From Candidatus Saccharimonadota bacterium (GTDB lineage Bacteria; Pseudomonadota; Gammaproteobacteria; Enterobacterales; Enterobacteriaceae): 32,000 nucleotides of DNA. The DNA lies in contig NZ_CP010048.1 in assembly GCF_000973505.1 (NCBI RefSeq), positions 690,001 to 722,000 on the forward strand, read 5' to 3'. Each line of letters starts with the position of its first letter. The stretch's first letter is position 1. The position numbers and the translations under genes are program-made. Shown here piece after piece: positions 27,349-32,000 of the stretch. The notes below the pieces were generated by a model. That model saw only the letters and a program-made list of their open reading frames with translations. It was not told the DNA's origin and did not search any database.

Positions 27349-28332
27349 ATGCAAACAAAAAAAAAAGTACTTATTATTAAAACATCATCAATGGGAGACA
27401 TCATTCATACCTTGCCTGCTATTACAGATGCAGGAAAGGCTCTGCCATATATAGAATTCGACTGGATACTAGAAAAAAATTTCTCACAAATTCCAACTTG
27501 GCATCCACAAATAAAAAATACAATACCAATAACTCTCCGAACTTGGAAAAAAAAATATTATAACCTTAAATCATATCAAGCCTATTTCAAGTTTATCAAC
27601 CAACTGAAAAACAAGAAATATGATATTGTTATCGATGCTCAAGGACTAATAAAAAGCTCTTTTTTAATTACCTATTTCACTCAGGGTGAAAAACATGGCA
27701 TGGATTATAAAAGCATACGAGAACCAATCGCAAGTTTATGCTACAATAAACAACACAAAATACCAAAACAACAACACGCCGTTGAACGTATACGACAATT
27801 ATTCTCTTTGAGCTTACAATATCCACTACCAACTAGCAAAATTAATTATCATATTTCACATAATTTTAAAACAAAAAAATACATATCACCATATTTAATA
27901 TTTTTACACAGCACCACACACGCTAAAAAACATTGGCCAGAGTCTCATTGGAGAGATATATTACAAAAAACTATCACAGCGGGTTATAAAATTAAATTAC
28001 CATATTGGTCATACAATGAACAATTACGCATAAAAAGAATAATTAATGGACTAAACAACAACATCATGATATTGTCACAACCCACATTGACAGAAATTGC
28101 TAAAGAAATCGCCTCAGCACGTGCTGTAATATCAGTAGACACAGGACTAAGCCATTTAACTGCTGCACTATCTCGACCTAACTTAACACTGTATGGACCT
28201 ACTAATCCTCAACTAATTGGAGTATATGGTGATCATCAACAAAAAATACACTCAACAAAAAAAATTATGGATTCTATTACACCAGAAGAAGTTTGGAAAA
28301 AATTTCAAAAAATATTAAACAAACAAATATAA
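27349..28332 (+). CDS. waaC: ADP-heptose:LPS heptosyltransferase I
   Basis: The ORF encodes 327 aa and its ATG lies 1 nt after the waaF stop. It is collinear with E. coli WaaC (IIKTSSMGDIIHTLPAITDA, FDWILE, VIDAQGLIKS, KHGMDYKSIREPIASL.YN, QQHAVERIRQLF, KHWPE.HWR, SVDTGLSHLTAAL.RPN, YGPTNP). Confidence 0.95.
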   Translation: MQTKKKVLIIKTSSMGDIIHTLPAITDAGKALPYIEFDWILEKNFSQIPTWHPQIKNTIPITLRTWKKKYYNLKSYQAYFKFINQLKNKKYDIVIDAQGLIKSSFLITYFTQGEKHGMDYKSIREPIASLCYNKQHKIPKQQHAVERIRQLFSLSLQYPLPTSKINYHISHNFKTKKYISPYLIFLHSTTHAKKHWPESHWRDILQKTITAGYKIKLPYWSYNEQLRIKRIINGLNNNIMILSQPTLTEIAKEIASARAVISVDTGLSHLTAALSRPNLTLYGPTNPQLIGVYGDHQQKIHSTKKIMDSITPEEVWKKFQKILNKQI

Positions 28333-28596
28333 TTATTTACATATATTTTATGTTTATTATGTAATAAACTACATAGTTATTAGTCAATAATCTGTGCATA
28401 TTAAAAAATTACACACTGCTTACTAGCTTACTACATATACCACTAAAATATACTGCACAACAAAAAAATGATAGATATATCTAATTAATATCCAGCGTCA
28501 ATTAACAAACAAATATGATTTCATTATTACACTAAACTAATATCAAATTTTCTTAATTATCCCAACTAAAATTCAACTATAAAATAACACTTTTTA

Positions 28597-29739
28597 ATGA
28601 CAAAAAATATCATTCAATTAGCAATTATACGACAAAAATACCGCATAGACGGAGGGGGGGAAAAAATTATTTTATCAATCTTACAAGGACTGAATACGTA
28701 CAAAATACAACCACATATAATTACTAGATATTGGCCAAAAAATATACAACACATCAAATATAACGTCCACATATGTAATCCATTTATATGGAATCGAATA
28801 TCAAGAGAAAAACAATTCTCTAAAACTGCTATGGAATATTGTGAAAAAAAATTTAACATCATCCAAAGTCATGAACGCATCCCTCATTGTGATATTTTTC
28901 GGGCTGGAGATGGTGTACACCAAGCATGGTTAACACAACGAAACCGCGTTTTACCCCGACATCAACAATGGTACCAAAATATAAACAACTACCATCAATA
29001 CATATTACAAACAGAACAAAAAATGTTTGATTCACCCAAATTAAAAATAATCATTTGTAACTCACATATGGTAAAAAAAGACATAATAAATTTCTACAAT
29101 ATCAAACCAAATAAAATTAAAATCATTCATAATTCTGTAGATTCAAAAAAATTTTTTCCGGCAAACAATACACAATATTATCAAGCAAAAAAAAAATTGC
29201 AGATTCCACAACAATCTTGTACATTAATTTATGTAGGATCAGGCTTTGAAAGAAAAGGATTGCAACGAGCAATATATGCTATTTCACTTACTAATAGATA
29301 TTTAATAATTGTAGGATATGATAAATATATAAAACGTTATCAAACACTATCAAAAGAACTCGGATGTTTCCATCGTACACGTTTTATAGGAATATCTAAT
29401 AATTTACTGCCTTATTATCATGCAGCAGACGCTCTAATTTTACCAACATTATATGACCCATTTCCTAATGCAATACTTGAAGCTATGTCATGTGCATTAC
29501 CAATTATAACTACTTGGCAATGTGGAAGTTCTGAACTTATTAAAACAGGACAAGAAGGATTTATATGCGATGCTCTTGATATAAACAATTTGCAAAAATT
29601 TGTTCTAGAAATTCCTTTAAAAAACAAATATCCTTATATGGGACTCGCTGCTAGAAAAAAAATTATTAATTTAAACAATAATATTCTTACTAAAAAACTA
29701 ATCACCCTATATACAAACATTATTAATCATACTATTTAA
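28597..29739 (+). CDS. GT4-family LPS core glycosyltransferase (RfaG/WabG-like)
   Basis: The ORF encodes 380 aa with an ATG start. It has the GT4 signature (GSGFERKGL, YHAADALILPTLYDPFPNAILEAMSCALPIITT). The N-terminal block IRQKYRIDGGGEK...HICNP...ISREK...QSHERIP.CDIFRAGDGVHQAWL resembles, from memory, the WabG-type core transferases of Klebsiella and Serratia more than E. coli WaaG. It sits between waaC and waaA. Donor-sugar specificity cannot be read from the sequence. Confidence 0.8.
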   Translation: MTKNIIQLAIIRQKYRIDGGGEKIILSILQGLNTYKIQPHIITRYWPKNIQHIKYNVHICNPFIWNRISREKQFSKTAMEYCEKKFNIIQSHERIPHCDIFRAGDGVHQAWLTQRNRVLPRHQQWYQNINNYHQYILQTEQKMFDSPKLKIIICNSHMVKKDIINFYNIKPNKIKIIHNSVDSKKFFPANNTQYYQAKKKLQIPQQSCTLIYVGSGFERKGLQRAIYAISLTNRYLIIVGYDKYIKRYQTLSKELGCFHRTRFIGISNNLLPYYHAADALILPTLYDPFPNAILEAMSCALPIITTWQCGSSELIKTGQEGFICDALDINNLQKFVLEIPLKNKYPYMGLAARKKIINLNNNILTKKLITLYTNIINHTI

Positions 29740-29857
29740 ATAATTATAGATTGTAAAAGTAATTTAAAATAACAACTAACTTCACTATAATTAAAAACTA
29801 CATAACACTCTCAATATAAATTACTATAAACATTTCAAAACATATTATTTATCTACT

Positions 29858-31189
29858 ATGCTATACTACATTATATATAACACTATTATATATTTAATAC
29901 AACCAATAATACTAATACGACTATTGTGGCGTAGCATTAATATCCCTGCTTACCGAAAAACATGGAATGAAAGATATGGTTTTTATAATACAATAATACA
30001 ACCACGAGGAATCATACTTCATGCTGTATCAGTTGGGGAAACATTAGCAGCTATTCCATTAATTCATGCATTACAAAAAAAATATCCATCTCTAAATATC
30101 ATGCTTACATCAATGACACCAAGCGGAAAAGAAGTAGCACAATCCATACTTGGCAACACCATAAATTATGGTTATCTACCTTATGATCTACCAGGTGCAA
30201 TACGACGATTCATACATCATACTCAACCAATATTAGTAATTACATTAGAAACAGAACTATGGCCTAATCTTATAAAAATATTATATAAATACCACATTCC
30301 ATATATCATTGCTAATGCTCGACTATCTTCACAATCGGCTAATAACTACAAAAAAATAAAAAAATTTATCACTTTAATAATGCAATATGTTACTTTGATT
30401 GCTGCACAAAATAAAAAGGACGCCGAAAGATTCATTTCATTAGGATTACAAAATAAAAAAATAGCAATTACCGGCAACATAAAATTTGACGTTCCAATTA
30501 ATAATAATTTACTCAAAAAAAGCCAAACGTTAAAAAAACTATGGGCTAACAACAGATATGTATGGATAGCTAGCAGCACACATAAAGGCGAAGAAACACT
30601 ACTTTTACAAGTACATGAAAATTTACTAAAAAAAATTCCTAATTTACTCATGATACTTGCCCCACGCCACAAAGAACGATTCATTTCAGTACATAAAATT
30701 ATAACAAAAACTAAACTTAGATTTATCACACGCAGCAGCGGTCAAAATCCAACATACAATACACAAGTCATTATTATCGACACTATAGGAGAACTTACGT
30801 TATTATATGGCGTAGCTGATTTAGCATTCATAGGGGGCAGTTTAATAAAACACGGAGGACATAATCCAATAGAAGCTGCGGCACATGGAATTCCCATATT
30901 AACAGGACCTTATGTCTTTAATTTTCATGCTATTTACAATATAATGATTAAAGCAAAAGCTTCAATAAAAATAACCAACATAACTTCGCTAGAAAACAAA
31001 ATTTACACATTGCTAACAAATCAAACATATCGACTTTATTACGGGAAAAATGCCACTCATGTACTACGAACCAATCAAGGTGCCATAAAAAAATTACTAC
31101 CCTTATTAGATCATTATATTCTAACAAACGATAAACTATCAACATATCAACACATAAAAAAAAATAAATACTCCACTAATGTCTCATAA
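29858..31189 (+). CDS. waaA: 3-deoxy-D-manno-octulosonic acid (Kdo) transferase
   Basis: The ORF encodes 443 aa with an ATG start. It is collinear with E. coli WaaA/KdtA (LIQP.ILIRL, PAYRK.W.ERYGFY, LHAVSVGETLAAIPLI, ETELWPNLI, IANARLS, LIAAQN, WIASSTHKGEE, LAPRH.ERF, TRSSG, GGSL..HGGHNP.EAAAHGIP). It has a C-terminal extension of about 18 aa whose last 11 nt overlap the next gene. Confidence 0.96.
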   Translation: MLYYIIYNTIIYLIQPIILIRLLWRSINIPAYRKTWNERYGFYNTIIQPRGIILHAVSVGETLAAIPLIHALQKKYPSLNIMLTSMTPSGKEVAQSILGNTINYGYLPYDLPGAIRRFIHHTQPILVITLETELWPNLIKILYKYHIPYIIANARLSSQSANNYKKIKKFITLIMQYVTLIAAQNKKDAERFISLGLQNKKIAITGNIKFDVPINNNLLKKSQTLKKLWANNRYVWIASSTHKGEETLLLQVHENLLKKIPNLLMILAPRHKERFISVHKIITKTKLRFITRSSGQNPTYNTQVIIIDTIGELTLLYGVADLAFIGGSLIKHGGHNPIEAAAHGIPILTGPYVFNFHAIYNIMIKAKASIKITNITSLENKIYTLLTNQTYRLYYGKNATHVLRTNQGAIKKLLPLLDHYILTNDKLSTYQHIKKNKYSTNVS

Positions 31190-31979
31190 CCGACTATCTG
31201 TAGTAATAATTACACGCAATGAAGAAAAATCATTACCAGATTGTTTACAATCAATAAACTGGGCACATGAAATTATTGTACTTGATCATTTAAGTAGTGA
31301 TGCAACCCGACATATTGCTAAAACAGCTGGAGCACGCGTATATAATTCAAAAAAATGGGAAGGATTTGGCAAACAAAGACAAATTGCTCAACAGTATGCA
31401 ACTGGCGATTATATCCTAACACTAGATGCCGACGAACGCGTTAATACACAACTTAAACAATCAATATTGTCAATATTAAATCAAAAAATAAACAATAATA
31501 TTGTATATGCATGTGCAAGACGCAGTCTATTCCTTAATCACTGGATGCGACACAGCGGATGGTATCCGGATTTTGTGATACGACTGTACCCTAAAAAATA
31601 CTCATATAACTCAATGAAAGTACATGAATCACTAAACACTCATGATGCTAAAATAAATATATTGACAGGCGAACTACTACATATTGCTTGTCAATACTTA
31701 CCAACATTTCAAAAAAAACAACTACAATATGCAGAGATTTGGGCACTAGAGCATTTTAAAAAAAAATGCAACCTACTCACTATATGCCTACACACCATAG
31801 GAACATTTTTAAAAGTACTATTGCTACAGATGGGATTTTTAGATGGAAAATATGGGCTACTATTAGCCCTTGTTAAATCTCAATACACATTTAATAAATA
31901 CTCAACCATTTGGTCACTACAACAACAAATAAAACATGATATACACAACAAAAAAATAACAAAAAAAATAACAATATAA
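31179..31979 (+). CDS. waaE: GT2-family LPS inner-core glycosyltransferase WaaE/KdtX-like
   Basis: The ORF encodes 266 aa and its ATG overlaps the waaA stop region. It resembles Klebsiella WaaE and Serratia KdtX as recalled (LSVVIITRNEEKSLPDCLQS, EIIVLD, W.GFGKQRQIAQQYATGDYILTLDADERV, ARRSLFLNHWMRHSGWYPD, VHESL, GFLDGKYGLLLA, QYTFNKY). It is in the conserved position immediately downstream of waaA. Confidence 0.85.
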   Translation: MSHNRLSVVIITRNEEKSLPDCLQSINWAHEIIVLDHLSSDATRHIAKTAGARVYNSKKWEGFGKQRQIAQQYATGDYILTLDADERVNTQLKQSILSILNQKINNNIVYACARRSLFLNHWMRHSGWYPDFVIRLYPKKYSYNSMKVHESLNTHDAKINILTGELLHIACQYLPTFQKKQLQYAEIWALEHFKKKCNLLTICLHTIGTFLKVLLLQMGFLDGKYGLLLALVKSQYTFNKYSTIWSLQQQIKHDIHNKKITKKITI

Positions 31980-32000
31980 ATTAAACTATATCTCCTTCCT

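Noticed and set aside
1-32000. Search for CRISPR arrays, IS or transposase genes, integrases, toxin-antitoxin or defence systems, rRNA genes and structured ncRNAs (GC-rich islands outside the tRNAs).
   Set aside because: None was found. All ORFs over 60 aa are either conserved housekeeping genes or compositional artefacts. The only GC-rich islands are the seven tRNAs, and the only repeats are short AT-rich duplications.

Overview
This is a very AT-rich, strongly strand-skewed stretch of a reduced gammaproteobacterial (Enterobacterales-derived) endosymbiont genome. Gene content, long A/C-rich spacers and a retained LPS core cluster resemble Candidatus Blochmannia-type genomes, but that cannot be confirmed without a database search. 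I can support 26 protein-coding genes and 7 tRNAs, together roughly three quarters of the window. The window is made of three blocks, each collinear with E. coli but collapsed by deletions. Block A (minus strand) is proM-leuT-hisR-argX, rho, trxA, ilvC, ilvA-D-E-M-G, trpT-aspT plus a tRNA-Ala. Block B is murI, metF, metB, rpmE, a truncated ftsN, fpr, tpiA and pfkA. Block C is cysE, gpsA, grxC, yibN, then divergently hldD-waaF-waaC-GT4-waaA-waaE. I see no mobile elements, CRISPR arrays, prophage or defence genes, rRNA genes or GC-rich ncRNA islands, and no evidence for a novel multi-gene system. The findings worth a second look are all signatures of reductive evolution:
- a 94-aa minimal FtsN that keeps only the cytoplasmic tail, the TM helix and the essential-domain motif;
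- an rRNA-less ghost of an rrn operon (tRNA-Ala/Asp/Trp between murI and ilvG);
- extreme A+C over G+T strand asymmetry, with possible consequences for Rho;
- non-canonical redox active sites in TrxA (CNPC) and GrxC (CFYC);
- a C-terminally truncated CysE;
- 9-10 nt homopolymers inside intact genes;
- systematic absence of the regulators expected at these loci (ilvY, the ilvL leader, metJ, cytR, hdfR).
Coordinates of tRNA ends and some start codons were derived by hand and may be off by a few nucleotides.
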